Positions 27,252-37,106 of a stretch of 64,000 nt of DNA are shown in pieces. Under the pieces are notes generated by a model. That model worked only from the letters and a program-made list of their open reading frames with translations. It was not told the origin of the DNA and ran no database searches. The position numbers were made by a program, and so were the translations under genes. Source of the DNA: an uncultured Candidatus Saccharibacteria bacterium (GTDB taxonomy: Bacteria > Patescibacteriota > Minisyncoccia > Phycocordibacterales > Phycocordibacteraceae). The stretch spans positions 119,599 through 183,598 of the forward strand of contig CAYHLC010000001.1 in NCBI GenBank assembly GCA_964357395.1. The letters run 5' to 3'. Numbering within the stretch: position 1 is the first letter of the stretch; each line of letters begins with the position of its first letter.

Positions 27252-29657
27252 ATGGATTTATCGCTCCTAAAGGTCAAGATAAAACAACTAATCGGAAAGG
27301 TCGGAACGATTCTTAAACTCAATGCCTTAAATAACAACAGGCTTGATATAGAGATAACAAAGGAAAAGATTGAGGCAAAGATAGAGGCTGACTCTATTAT
27401 TGGACAAATCGGCCAGCTTAATCAGACCCACACAGAAATTGGGAGTATTAGTGTGGTTTTACAGGGCGATCAGTTACCTGAAGATATTAAGCAGTTGCTT
27501 GGCGTTGCACAACCCGAAGCTCCACTTCTTCCGGCCTCTCCTGAATCAACAGGCGGTGACGTTCCAGTTCCAGGTAACGCAAGAGCAAAGAAGCTTAAGG
27601 TCTTGCTAGAGAATTTCGTTAGCGAGCATAATGAAGACCAAACCTTTCTTCTTGGAGTTGGACAACTCCTATTTTTTTACAGGCATCGCTCAAACATAGA
27701 TTTTTCTGAAGCAGAACTTATTTTGTTGCTTCGCTCTTCGCTCAAGCACGGCTTTCCTTTTTGGTACTGGTCGTTTCTTTATCGTGAAAAATTCAGTAAT
27801 GTAATTCCTCTAATAAAAGAGAGCTACAAAACGAATGACGTAAAGATCCGTATCGAACTAGTTCGTGTTCTAACAAGATTTACTGAAACTGCTGAGGAGC
27901 TATGTGCTCTTGCGGAAACAGAAAAGAATGAAGAGATTCTTGGCGCTATGGTTGCCGCATTGTTTGAGGGGAAAAACGAAGACCACGCGCAACGTGTTAT
28001 TTCCAATGCAATCTCCCGTCGGTTAGTACCTAGGGTTGAGCTCGATCGGATTAAGCTGCTTAGTGCGGAACTGGGCGCGAGTGAAAAAAGATTTCTAAGA
28101 CAGATTGTTATTGACGGATGGCCTGAGGAAAAAGTATTTGCGTTGAATTTGCTTAGCGTCTCTCCTTCGCCCGATGACCTTCATGTGATTGAAAATGTAA
28201 TTGATAATTTGCGATATCCGAAAGCTGTAGTTAGTGCACTACATTGTGTTTCTCGCATTGGCAGAACAGGCAAAATTGAAGTGATTAAAAAGCTGATAGA
28301 TGAGACAAGATCTGAAGAGATATTCATGCAGGCTTTGGAGGTACTTGCTCTACTTAAGGAAAAGAGCGCGTTCCCAGCCCTTTTTGACTTAGTAAAAAAA
28401 CCGGAAAGCGTTCATTGGCGGCTGACTGATTTAAATACTTGGACCTACGGCAGGAAGCTTGATGAAGCGGCCGTAGGCACATTTGATAAAAGTCATTACG
28501 AGTTGGTTGTAAAGGAGATTCTTTCAAAAAAGATTTGGGATGAAAACTGGGGCCTCTATGCATGGAGACCCCTGCACTTCCTTAAGTCTATAGAAGACCC
28601 CGAGGTGCGCTCTTTAATAGAGGTCGAAACCCGATTAAACGAAATGCCAGAATGGCGCGAAGTAGTTGAGGGTAGTAGGGGGGATCGAGAGATTGAGATA
28701 AGTGACGCTTCATCCTTGGTGGCTAAAGTTGGTACTTCAGATTTCGCTTTATCTGAACGATCCTTTAAGGCTTTATGGAAGCTCATTCCTTCATCAGAGG
28801 CTTTGGATTACCAAGAATATATTGAGAACTTGAGGATGGACCTGGCTGAAAGGTTAGTCGAGATTCGTAAGGATGAAACACTGCCACCTGAACAAAAAAA
28901 CTTATTGAAGAATGACTTGGACTACTTCCTTGGAGATAACACGCTTGCTTTTGGAGACCTGAGAACTGCTGGAAGTGTCTCACGTGGCAAAAAAAGGGAT
29001 GATGAAAAGAGTAAATTGGATAGACTGATAGAAGATATAAGTAAATTTGATTCTATTGAGAGCAGCTTCGTGGCTTTTGTTCTGACAAGCCAGAATCAGA
29101 GAACGTATGATTTCTTGATCACTCAGATCGGAAGACCTTTCGAGAAATTGTATTCCACTCTATCTGCGAAGTGGGGTGAGGTAGATAAGACACAGCTTAA
29201 ACCATTACTTGATAGCATAGTGAACAACAACCCCAACATCCTCATTAAATTGCGAGCTATTGAAGCGGGTTTAAGAATCGGAATATTTGACCGAGAGGAA
29301 GCACGGCTTACGGTTTTGGATGCACTTATGCCTGTTCGAGAGAAGCTCAAAAAGGAAGGTCGCGTGAATGAGAATAGCTTTATAACGCAGATTGCCTACA
29401 ACTCATGCATAAATACTTTGGCGGAAATTGGAAATCCAAATGATCTGCACTTCATTGAAGAGTCAGCTAACAGAGAACTAATAGTCTTTAGGAGCTACGC
29501 AAACTTTTCTGATATTCATAGCATTGAGGCGATTGAAAAGCTTCTAAATGTAATAGAGCTCACTACAGATGAAAAGGACATAAAATACGCACGTTTGGCC
29601 CTTGATAGTCTTGATTACAGATGGTCAGCAAAGGTGCTGGGGTTTGAGGCAAGTTAG
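27252..29657 (+). CDS. large alpha-helical HEAT/PBS-lyase-like repeat protein (801 aa) on an AT-rich island
   Basis: Track ORF; nucleotide composition ~40% GC versus ~58% flanks. HEAT-like repeat units (VSALHCVSRIGRTGKIEVIKKLID, QALEVLALLKEKSAFPALFDLV, CINTLAEIGNPNDLHFIEE, AIEAGLRIGIF). No enzymatic motif recognised. Confidence 0.7.
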   Translation: MDLSLLKVKIKQLIGKVGTILKLNALNNNRLDIEITKEKIEAKIEADSIIGQIGQLNQTHTEIGSISVVLQGDQLPEDIKQLLGVAQPEAPLLPASPESTGGDVPVPGNARAKKLKVLLENFVSEHNEDQTFLLGVGQLLFFYRHRSNIDFSEAELILLLRSSLKHGFPFWYWSFLYREKFSNVIPLIKESYKTNDVKIRIELVRVLTRFTETAEELCALAETEKNEEILGAMVAALFEGKNEDHAQRVISNAISRRLVPRVELDRIKLLSAELGASEKRFLRQIVIDGWPEEKVFALNLLSVSPSPDDLHVIENVIDNLRYPKAVVSALHCVSRIGRTGKIEVIKKLIDETRSEEIFMQALEVLALLKEKSAFPALFDLVKKPESVHWRLTDLNTWTYGRKLDEAAVGTFDKSHYELVVKEILSKKIWDENWGLYAWRPLHFLKSIEDPEVRSLIEVETRLNEMPEWREVVEGSRGDREIEISDASSLVAKVGTSDFALSERSFKALWKLIPSSEALDYQEYIENLRMDLAERLVEIRKDETLPPEQKNLLKNDLDYFLGDNTLAFGDLRTAGSVSRGKKRDDEKSKLDRLIEDISKFDSIESSFVAFVLTSQNQRTYDFLITQIGRPFEKLYSTLSAKWGEVDKTQLKPLLDSIVNNNPNILIKLRAIEAGLRIGIFDREEARLTVLDALMPVREKLKKEGRVNENSFITQIAYNSCINTLAEIGNPNDLHFIEESANRELIVFRSYANFSDIHSIEAIEKLLNVIELTTDEKDIKYARLALDSLDYRWSAKVLGFEAS

Positions 29658-29686
29658 TGGGGAATGGTGTCAGATACTATGTGTAA

Positions 29687-29980
29687 ATGAGAAGAGAGTT
29701 TCGCTTCAGTGCGAAGGTACAGGTATATCCAGGCCCGGGAGGGTGGAGGGTGGTGGCTTTGCCAAAGCTTGCGTCGGTGCGGATAGGGGCGCGGCGGGGG
29801 AGGAGGAAGAAGAGTTGGAACTTCTTTAATGTATCCACCACCATCGGCAAGACGACATGGACTAGCAGCCTCTGGCCGAAGCAGAAGGAGGGCGTGTATC
29901 TCATCGTCATCAAGAAGCCCGTACTAAAGAAGGAGGGGATTATGGACGGCGACAAGGTCAGCGTAACGATCACCTACTAG
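29687..29980 (+). CDS. DUF1905 domain protein
   Basis: YPGPGGWRVVALPK...TTIGKTTWTSSLWPKQKEGVYLIVIKKPVLKKEGIMDGDKVSVTI matches DUF1905. Confidence 0.75.
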   Translation: MRREFRFSAKVQVYPGPGGWRVVALPKLASVRIGARRGRRKKSWNFFNVSTTIGKTTWTSSLWPKQKEGVYLIVIKKPVLKKEGIMDGDKVSVTITY

Positions 29981-30000
29981 CCGTTTGCTACACTGATAGT

Positions 30001-30162
30001 ATGGACAAAATAAAGATAGAGAATCATACGTTCGGCTTCGGAATCTGGGTTATCGGATGGCTCTTTACTATCGGATACCTCAAGCTCGCATTTTGGAACG
30101 GAGTACTCGCAGTTATCGTCTGGCCGTACTTCCTCGGCGTCTCGTTTAGTTCGGTACTGTGA
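30001..30162 (+). CDS. small two-TM membrane protein (53 aa), hypothetical
   Basis: Own translation: MDKIKIENHTFGFGIWVIGWLFTIGYLKLAFWNGVLAVIVWPYFLGVSFSSVL. Stop overlaps the GTG start of the next gene (ctGTGAag); ATG 6 nt after TACACT. Confidence 0.4.
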   Translation: MDKIKIENHTFGFGIWVIGWLFTIGYLKLAFWNGVLAVIVWPYFLGVSFSSVL

Positions 30163-30866
30163 AGCTGCTACTCACATCCAGCGGATTCATTGGGAGCACC
30201 TTGGAAAAGGACTTTTGGGAGCTCGTCGGCGACCGCAAGAACCTAAAGGTGGCAATCATTCCTAATGCTACCGATCCTATTGAGTGGGTTGCCGAAAAGG
30301 AGGGCGACCCGGTAAGTGCATATGTAGCGAGGCTGACACGCGGAAATGATGTGAACTATGGAAAAGGGAAGGACTATGACTACTTCAAAAGCAAAGGCTG
30401 CGAGGTGGTCATTGTCGACCTGAAGGAGGATTCCGCAGAGGTGAGGAGAAAGCTCGAGAGTGTCGACATAATCGATGTGTGGGGAGGCGACGGTAACTGG
30501 CTACTCGATTGGGCAAAGAACGCGAAGTTGGACACGTACCTCAAAGAGATATTGGACAAGGGTGTGGTGTATGTCGGCGCGAGCGCGGGGAGTTGTCTAC
30601 TCACGCCAGACATTGGCCTCGGTTGGTGGACTCCGGAATGGAAATCGGATCATATAGGACTAGGAGTCGTTGATTTTACAATCGCCCCTCATCAAAAGGA
30701 AAGTGAGCTGGCAGAGAAAGTGCAAAAATATACCGAGCAGAGAAAGCAACTGCAGACAATAATCGATTTTCCTTGGAAGATATATCTACTCCAGGACGAC
30801 CAAGCGATTAAGGTTGATGGCGATACAGTTGAGCATATTGGGGAAGGGGAACGAAGGTCGATCTAA
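30159..30866 (+). CDS. peptidase S51 / class-I glutamine amidotransferase-like (dipeptidase E-like)
   Basis: Track ORF (GTG start); VAIIPNATDP, GASAGSCLL nucleophile elbow, His downstream. Confidence 0.7.
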   Translation: MKLLLTSSGFIGSTLEKDFWELVGDRKNLKVAIIPNATDPIEWVAEKEGDPVSAYVARLTRGNDVNYGKGKDYDYFKSKGCEVVIVDLKEDSAEVRRKLESVDIIDVWGGDGNWLLDWAKNAKLDTYLKEILDKGVVYVGASAGSCLLTPDIGLGWWTPEWKSDHIGLGVVDFTIAPHQKESELAEKVQKYTEQRKQLQTIIDFPWKIYLLQDDQAIKVDGDTVEHIGEGERRSI

Positions 30867-30904
30867 GCTGAAGTAGCAGCTGCGAGCGATGATAGGATGT
30901 ACTC

Positions 30905-32938
30905 ATGATCAGTCAGCAGCTCTTGGAGCATGCACGCGAGCAACTCGCCGCTGGCGTGTCGCCCGAAGCGCTCGAGCAAGAGCTACTGAAGCATGGTTGG
31001 GCAGCAGATGGTGTTAAGGAGGCAATCACGGCTGCGTCGAACTCGACGATCATAACTCCGCGTATCACGCCACTCCCGGCGCACGCTGCGGTGCCTCAGA
31101 TGCCCGCAATGACGGGTGGGCGGGGTGGCGAGTGGATGCTACTTACCGGCATTGCGGTAGGAATTGGCGCGCTTATGTATTGGGGCCTCAGTATGGTCGT
31201 ACCGCCGGAGCTATCGCTCTTTACGCTATTCGAGCCAGAGGCACAGGGTATGTGGTTTTACTTCCTTATCCCGGGTGTTGTTATTGGCCTACTTGCGCTC
31301 GGCGCGAGCTCCGTGTGGGGTGTGCGAGTCATCTGGGCTGAGGGTAAGCCGATACACGGGTTCCTGCTCGGAGTGTCGGTGTACCTCCTGCTCCTCTTTG
31401 GAATAGTAGAGGCAGCGCAATACGCCGCAGCGCAGTATGCAAACACACTTCCTGAAGACGGACCTTTTGTTGTTGGACTCATGTTCTCTAGCTCGTTTCT
31501 GTACTCGGCGCAGATCTTTTATGGCCTCCTCGTCATACTGATGCTGGTGCTGATTGTTGCCTCGCGTCGAAGGCAGCGCGAGCCGCTAAAAAAGCGCGCG
31601 CCGTGGGTGGTGTATGCACGCGGAGCTATTATCGCTGCTGGTGTAGTACTAACGCTGTACGTGTTCGGTGCAGCAGCGCCGGTAGCTCTCATAACTGGAG
31701 AGCAGTGGGTGTGCAATGCCGTGTACCCAAAGCAGATTAAGACGAGGTGCTTCCTAACCAACACTGCAACCCTAAGCGAGACCTCTGCACCATCTGGCGA
31801 ATTTGTTATCGAGAAGAGTGGCTACGCAGAGATCAAGGACCTGCACGATATTGGAGGCAAGCTGGCATACGCGTTCGAGAACGATGACGGAACGTCCGGC
31901 GTTGTGTACGACGGCAAGGTGGTGAGTGGCGCGTATAGCAAAGTAGGAATACTGCCTATCGAGGACCTGGGCGGCAAGCTGGCATACGAAGCGATAAAAG
32001 GCGATAAGACGATAATAGTCTACGACGGCGACGAGTACGGACTGGAGTACGACAGAGCACATAGCCCTACCCTAGTTGGAGGCAAGCTGGCGTTCCTCGC
32101 GCAGAAGGGGACAGTGCGCCCCGACATTAAGCAGGTAGTGGTGTGGGACGGCAAGGAGTATGGCACCGAGTACGCGGGCACAGGCAACATTATGGATATC
32201 GACGGCCAGCTGGGATATCAGGGGGGTACGCTCAATAATCAGTATCTTGTTGTAGGAGATACGAAGTACGGACCGTACCAGTTCATCAGCTGGACCAAGT
32301 ACGAGGGTGGGCACACAGTGTCGAAGGTGAGGAAGAACGATGAGCAGCTGTACCTCGTCGACGGAGTGGAGATAGGCAATACGGACTACGACTACCTCAC
32401 CGACATGTACGCATTTGTTGATGGCAAGTTTGCGTTCGCTGGGGCAAGGAACAAAGAGCTGTTTGTTGTGTACGACGGCAAGGAGGTAGGAGTCGGAAGC
32501 GGGTCATCAGAGGTCGGGCCATTCCGCATTAACAACAAGCTCGCATACATCGACGTAAATGTCGACGGGACAGCGCAGCTCTTCGTCGACGGCGTCGCGA
32601 CGGGGCCGGTCTTCGAGGACCGAGTTAACAATGTTGCCGTTTCAGAGCAGGGCAAGGTGGCAATACAAACAGAGAGCGAGACCAAGGAGATGGCGGTGTA
32701 TATCGATGGCAAGGAGGTGTACCGCGGCAAGGGCGGCAACCCGTTCGGCTTCTTCGGCGAGCGGCTGTTGGTGTGGGTCAAGGAGGACGGGCTCGACGGA
32801 CTTTGGATCGACGGCAAGGTGGTTGGTAAGGGCTTCTTCGGCTTTAGTTATATCGAACTCGTGAATGGGAGGTTCGTCATAGTGGGGAGTGTCCGCGTGG
32901 GTGACAAGATAGAGAGGTCGCTCCTTATAGAGCAATAA
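30905..32938 (+). CDS. polytopic membrane protein with ~9 tandem ~35-aa beta-repeats (WG/KLAY-type)
   Basis: N-terminal helical domain, 5-6 TM, then repeats of form GGKLAY.a..dG...vVYDGKEyG.EYD. Confidence 0.6.
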   Translation: MISQQLLEHAREQLAAGVSPEALEQELLKHGWAADGVKEAITAASNSTIITPRITPLPAHAAVPQMPAMTGGRGGEWMLLTGIAVGIGALMYWGLSMVVPPELSLFTLFEPEAQGMWFYFLIPGVVIGLLALGASSVWGVRVIWAEGKPIHGFLLGVSVYLLLLFGIVEAAQYAAAQYANTLPEDGPFVVGLMFSSSFLYSAQIFYGLLVILMLVLIVASRRRQREPLKKRAPWVVYARGAIIAAGVVLTLYVFGAAAPVALITGEQWVCNAVYPKQIKTRCFLTNTATLSETSAPSGEFVIEKSGYAEIKDLHDIGGKLAYAFENDDGTSGVVYDGKVVSGAYSKVGILPIEDLGGKLAYEAIKGDKTIIVYDGDEYGLEYDRAHSPTLVGGKLAFLAQKGTVRPDIKQVVVWDGKEYGTEYAGTGNIMDIDGQLGYQGGTLNNQYLVVGDTKYGPYQFISWTKYEGGHTVSKVRKNDEQLYLVDGVEIGNTDYDYLTDMYAFVDGKFAFAGARNKELFVVYDGKEVGVGSGSSEVGPFRINNKLAYIDVNVDGTAQLFVDGVATGPVFEDRVNNVAVSEQGKVAIQTESETKEMAVYIDGKEVYRGKGGNPFGFFGERLLVWVKEDGLDGLWIDGKVVGKGFFGFSYIELVNGRFVIVGSVRVGDKIERSLLIEQ

Positions 32939-32972
32939 CCGCTTCATTGACGGAACATCTGAAGTTGGTAGT

Positions 32973-33155
32973 ATGTCCAATAATATGGCTTGGACGATGC
33001 ATGAAGGTGTGCTCCACGGGCCCCACCAGGAGGCAAATCTTGTGTACGAGCTATGGTGCATGGCGGACTGTGGCTATACAGCCGCAGATGGCCCCGAGCC
33101 GGACGAGTGCCCGCGCTGTGGCGAGGGCGACGTGGTGCGTCGTGTTAAGCAGTAG
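32973..33155 (+). CDS. small zinc-ribbon protein (60 aa)
   Basis: CMADCGYTAADGPEPDECPRCGEG, two CxxC-type pairs. Confidence 0.4.
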   Translation: MSNNMAWTMHEGVLHGPHQEANLVYELWCMADCGYTAADGPEPDECPRCGEGDVVRRVKQ

Positions 33156-33197
33156 TCCTGTCATGGCAGGCCTTTGCGAGCGTCCTAAAGATAGGAC

Positions 33198-33971
33198 ATG
33201 AAAGCGCTTTCCATTGTTGGCGGAATAGCACTACTCCTCTTTATTGCGGGAGTCTTGGCATACACAGTGTCGGATCCGAACACTGGTGGGCCGGTATCAA
33301 ACACAGATGATGCGGCTATTCGCAAAGTCGTAATGGAGTTCGGACTGAAGATGAAAGAGGTATCACTGCTTGCTACAACTGCTGATCGCGAGGCAGCAAT
33401 GATGGAGCATTATGGCCTGTACGTCACACCGGAGTTGAGGCTGGCATGGGCACCGGAGGGAGCTGAGGCGCTCGGTAGGTACACATCGAGCCCGTGGCCC
33501 GACAGCATCAACATTGTCGAGGTACGTCAGCAGGGCGATGGGTATAGGGTCGAAGGCAATGTGCTGGAGGTCGCTAACTCGGCCGAAGGCAGTGAGCCCG
33601 AGCCTGTGGCCACGTATCCGGTGAGCCTCCGGATGGAGAAGCGGGGCGAGGCATGGATGATTGCAGAGGCTATTAAGGGCGCGTACAGCGAGCTCCCGCA
33701 CCGGCAAGTAGTAATCGGCTTTTGGGAGTGCCTGCCGAGCGGGGATACGAGCGGGCCGCAGACGCTGGAGTGCGCGCTCGGAATTGCTATCGATCAGTCG
33801 GACGGACATATGGCCATTGATACCTCGCTCATGTCTACATACCCAGCAGACTTTCCGACTGGAACCAAGGTGCGGGTGAGTGGCGTAGTGACCCCTGCTA
33901 ATCAGCTGAGTAGCGAGCAGAAGTACGACATCGACGGCATCATCCGCGCCACGACGATTGAGAAGATCTAG
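33198..33971 (+). CDS. hypothetical membrane-anchored protein
   Basis: Track ORF; N-terminal TM, no recognised domain. Confidence 0.5.
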   Translation: MKALSIVGGIALLLFIAGVLAYTVSDPNTGGPVSNTDDAAIRKVVMEFGLKMKEVSLLATTADREAAMMEHYGLYVTPELRLAWAPEGAEALGRYTSSPWPDSINIVEVRQQGDGYRVEGNVLEVANSAEGSEPEPVATYPVSLRMEKRGEAWMIAEAIKGAYSELPHRQVVIGFWECLPSGDTSGPQTLECALGIAIDQSDGHMAIDTSLMSTYPADFPTGTKVRVSGVVTPANQLSSEQKYDIDGIIRATTIEKI

Positions 33972-34009
33972 CTCATGACGCCACTGGCGGTTTGATACAC
34001 TGTAGGGGT

Positions 34010-34435
34010 ATGGAAATAAACTATATCGCCATAGTGGTTGCGGCAGTAGCGCAATTTATTGTAGGAGGGATCTGGTACATGCCACTTTTTGGCAAGATGT
34101 GGGGAGAGATGCACGGGTTTGATAAGGTCGCGCCCGAAGTACAAAAGCAGATGAGCAAGGACATGATGCCACTCCTTGTGGTGCAGGCATTCTTGGCACT
34201 CGTGACGAGCGCAGTCTTTGGCATCCTCGTTGCGTACATGACACTTCCGCAGGACTGGACCCTATGGTGCCTCGCAGCACTTTATTGGCTCGGCTTTGCG
34301 GCTCCATCCCAAGTCAGCTTAGTTATCTTTGGTGGCACAGAGCCGAAGTGGGTGGTTAAGAAGACGTTGATCGCAATCGGAGGCTCGCTGCTCTGCTTCC
34401 TCGCGATGGCAGCAGTCTTCGTACTCCTTGGCTAA
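34010..34435 (+). CDS. DUF1761 family membrane protein
   Basis: Track ORF 33992 trimmed to MEINYIAIVVAAVAQFIVGGIWYMPLFGKMWG..., the typical DUF1761 N-terminus. Confidence 0.65.
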   Translation: MEINYIAIVVAAVAQFIVGGIWYMPLFGKMWGEMHGFDKVAPEVQKQMSKDMMPLLVVQAFLALVTSAVFGILVAYMTLPQDWTLWCLAALYWLGFAAPSQVSLVIFGGTEPKWVVKKTLIAIGGSLLCFLAMAAVFVLLG

Positions 34436-35094
34436 TGGGTCTGCGGTGCCGAAGGAGGCAATACTGAGTGCGATTTGATCAGGTCGAATAGGTACACACC
34501 GCTTGCTAGGAAGAGCAGTGCGGTATGCACGGCCATCCCGCCAGCAAAAGATGACTCGAAGTAGAGGATCGGGAGTGACGCAAGATTGCCAATTATCGCT
34601 AGGCTTCCGGCCACTATTAGGAACGAGGGGAGCAGTAGTGCAGTAGCTAAAGGCATGCGAGCGCCCCAAACAAGCAATCCACATGCAGCAGTGCTACACA
34701 GAAAGCTGAGGAGCGTTACTGGCGAGGATGTGAGCGGGACCCACCGCCATGCATCCGTAGTGGGGAGTGATGGTATCAGTCCAAAATAGTATGCGATCTC
34801 AGAAGACATTCCCGCAAGGATTGAGCCTACAATTAATATTGCCGATAGTGCGCTAATAGCCCAGAACCATATGCGTATACTGCCGGATGTTTTATGTGTT
34901 GTTACAGCAATTTTGGCTAGCAATAGTGTTGCGCCACTAAGTATAAAGAGTATTGCGGTAGGAAGTTTCATGCTCGTCTCGAGGGGGCCAAAGTGGGTGA
35001 CGGTCGGCATGTACCAGATCCAACTAATAGCAACCAGTAGTCCTACCGCGCTTACCATCCAAGGCACGGTTGCGAGGAATCTAACGTGGTTCAT
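34432..35094 (-). CDS. hypothetical polytopic membrane protein
   Basis: Track ORF; ~6 TM; 4-nt convergent overlap with previous gene. Confidence 0.5.
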   Translation of the reverse strand: MNHVRFLATVPWMVSAVGLLVAISWIWYMPTVTHFGPLETSMKLPTAILFILSGATLLLAKIAVTTHKTSGSIRIWFWAISALSAILIVGSILAGMSSEIAYYFGLIPSLPTTDAWRWVPLTSSPVTLLSFLCSTAACGLLVWGARMPLATALLLPSFLIVAGSLAIIGNLASLPILYFESSFAGGMAVHTALLFLASGVYLFDLIKSHSVLPPSAPQTH

Positions 35095-35140
35095 ATATGC
35101 TCAGTATAGCGTGGCTTGAAAATTTGATACCCTGGCCTGT

Positions 35141-35743
35141 ATGAGTCCCGCGCTACTCAAGAAGGCGATACTGCACCTAAGGAAGGACGTGCGCCTGAAG
35201 GGTATCGAGGCGCACCGGCCCGAGTTCACCCGGTCACGCGATCCGTTTGAGGCGCTCTGTCGCGCTATCGTGGGGCAGCAGCTCTCAGTCAAGGCCGCGG
35301 CGACTATCTACGCGCGCTTCGGTACCATATATGGTACTGCGCCAACGCCGCGAGCAGTCAGCAAAACACCAATTGCAAAACTGCGAGCAGCTGGACTCTC
35401 GGGGCAAAAAGCGTCCTACGTCCAGGACCTGGCACGGAAGTTCCTAGACTGCACCATAGAGCCAAGCAAGTTTGGCAAGATGACTGACGAGGAGATACGC
35501 GCGCACCTAGTTGCGGTAAAGGGGATAGGACGCTGGACCGCAGACATGTTCCTCATGTTTACCCTCCACAGGCCGGACGTGCTGCCAACAGGGGACCTCG
35601 GCATACAAAAGGGGATGCAAAAGGTCTTTAAGCTTAAGAAGCTCCCAAGCCCTGACCAGATGCAGAAGCTGGCCGCCCCATGGGCCCCGCACCGCTCCGT
35701 TGCCTGCTATTACCTATGGCACCTGCTTGACAAACAAGCATAA
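35141..35743 (+). CDS. alkA: DNA-3-methyladenine glycosylase II (HhH-GPD, AlkA-like)
   Basis: HhH-GPD motif VKGIGRWTADMFLMF...LPTGDLGIQKGM with catalytic Asp. Confidence 0.8.
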   Translation: MSPALLKKAILHLRKDVRLKGIEAHRPEFTRSRDPFEALCRAIVGQQLSVKAAATIYARFGTIYGTAPTPRAVSKTPIAKLRAAGLSGQKASYVQDLARKFLDCTIEPSKFGKMTDEEIRAHLVAVKGIGRWTADMFLMFTLHRPDVLPTGDLGIQKGMQKVFKLKKLPSPDQMQKLAAPWAPHRSVACYYLWHLLDKQA

Positions 35744-35788
35744 TATGATAGTGTAACCACTGCGTAATTAGCAAAGTAAGATGTACAT

Positions 35789-35974
35789 ATGAGCGACGAA
35801 AGTTTGAATAGGTGGTTCAGGTTCCCAAGGGTTGGTGCATGGGCCGTAGGTGGTGTTGCACTTGGTGTAGTAGCAAATTACCTTTTTGAGGTAGAGGGCA
35901 TCCTACTACCAATCATTGGCGGCGCAGTTGGATTAGTTAAGGGAGTAGCGGACGAGCAGGGGCGCAACCTTTAG
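35789..35974 (+). CDS. small hypothetical protein (61 aa)
   Basis: Track ORF followed directly by a strong terminator; Gly-rich hydrophobic. Confidence 0.4.
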   Translation: MSDESLNRWFRFPRVGAWAVGGVALGVVANYLFEVEGILLPIIGGAVGLVKGVADEQGRNL

Positions 35975-35990
35975 CATAAGAAGAGCAGGA

Positions 35991-36012
35991 AGGGCCCGAA
36001 AGGGCCTTTTTT
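35991..36012 (+). terminator. rho-independent terminator
   Basis: AGGGCCC-GAAA-GGGCCT then TTTTTT. Confidence 0.8.
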
Positions 36013-36032
36013 GTATGTGATACATTGCGGGC

Positions 36033-36578
36033 ATGAAGCTATATAGGTTTAGCCCGATCGCCGACAAGGCGCAGCTACTAGAGGCTATAAAGGCAGCCCA
36101 CCTTGGGTGCTTCCGCCTCTGCAAGCAATCCCTCGGGCACTACCTGCCTATAGCGGGGAACATGGGCATCTTTTGCCACTACGACGAGGAGTATGAGCGA
36201 TTGATTGCTATCCGCAAGGAGATGGCAGAGACTTCTAACAACTTCAACCAAAAGTACTTCAAGCTCCACGAGCCGATAGTCATTCCTGCTGAGGGCGACG
36301 TGCCTGAGACGACATACACGTACCTATATATCCGCAGGCCGGACCCATATCGCGCGCAGATTGGTGACGTCGACTTTGTGCTTAGTGTAGAGGAATATGC
36401 AAAGCTAAAGGAATCGCTCCAGAGCGGCACCAAGATCAAGGGCGCACGAATCTTTGAAAGAGCGGACCTCGACATGGTGGAGTTGCACGACCCAGACATC
36501 GACGCACTAGCATACATCAACGTGCAGTCTATGGCCGAGGCGGTGCGAGTCAAGCTCTCTGACGCGACCAATCTCTAA
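36033..36578 (+). CDS. hypothetical protein (181 aa)
   Basis: Track ORF, ATG 7 nt after TGTGATACA extended -10; no recognised family. Confidence 0.5.
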   Translation: MKLYRFSPIADKAQLLEAIKAAHLGCFRLCKQSLGHYLPIAGNMGIFCHYDEEYERLIAIRKEMAETSNNFNQKYFKLHEPIVIPAEGDVPETTYTYLYIRRPDPYRAQIGDVDFVLSVEEYAKLKESLQSGTKIKGARIFERADLDMVELHDPDIDALAYINVQSMAEAVRVKLSDATNL

Positions 36579-37105
36579 GCTTTCTTATTCCAGCCAAGTT
36601 TATCGAATAGCCAGTCCTTGTACACATTGAAGTGCTGCATCACCTTCTGCTTCACCTCCTTGTAGTTGGTAGGGCCGACCAGGCGACCAGCATAGGCATT
36701 CTTGAACTGGAAGTACGCCACAATGCCTGCGGTGACGTATATAAAGTCCAAGAGGAGTCCGTCGAGTACGTGCCCGCTGATCCAATCGATAGCAAAGATG
36801 GTAGCAGCGAGCCCCGCCCAGCCTATGCCAGAAACAACGCAGCCTGCGCGCTCTAAGGTACCCAGCGTGCGGCCGGATACTACCGCGAGCTCGGGTTTTA
36901 CATCAGAGGGCTGCACACCGCCATGGTGTTGGTGGTGGTCATGCCCCGCGTGAGCTGTGCGCACAACACCCTCGCGTTGACAATCGAGACAGAACCGCGG
37001 AGCACTCTCCGCCTCTATCGGTATAGATATGTCCGCAGAGTGCCCGCGCTCCGAACGGGGCATCTCTTTGTCATTGCCACCGTGCAAGCCCTCGCGATCC
37101 TCCAT
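36575..37105 (-). CDS. hypothetical protein with His-rich segment and C-terminal 2-TM domain
   Basis: HAGHDHHQHHGG low-complexity His cluster; immediately downstream of trxB (2-nt gap). Confidence 0.45.
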   Translation of the reverse strand: MEDREGLHGGNDKEMPRSERGHSADISIPIEAESAPRFCLDCQREGVVRTAHAGHDHHQHHGGVQPSDVKPELAVVSGRTLGTLERAGCVVSGIGWAGLAATIFAIDWISGHVLDGLLLDFIYVTAGIVAYFQFKNAYAGRLVGPTNYKEVKQKVMQHFNVYKDWLFDKLGWNKKA

Positions 37106-37106
37106 G

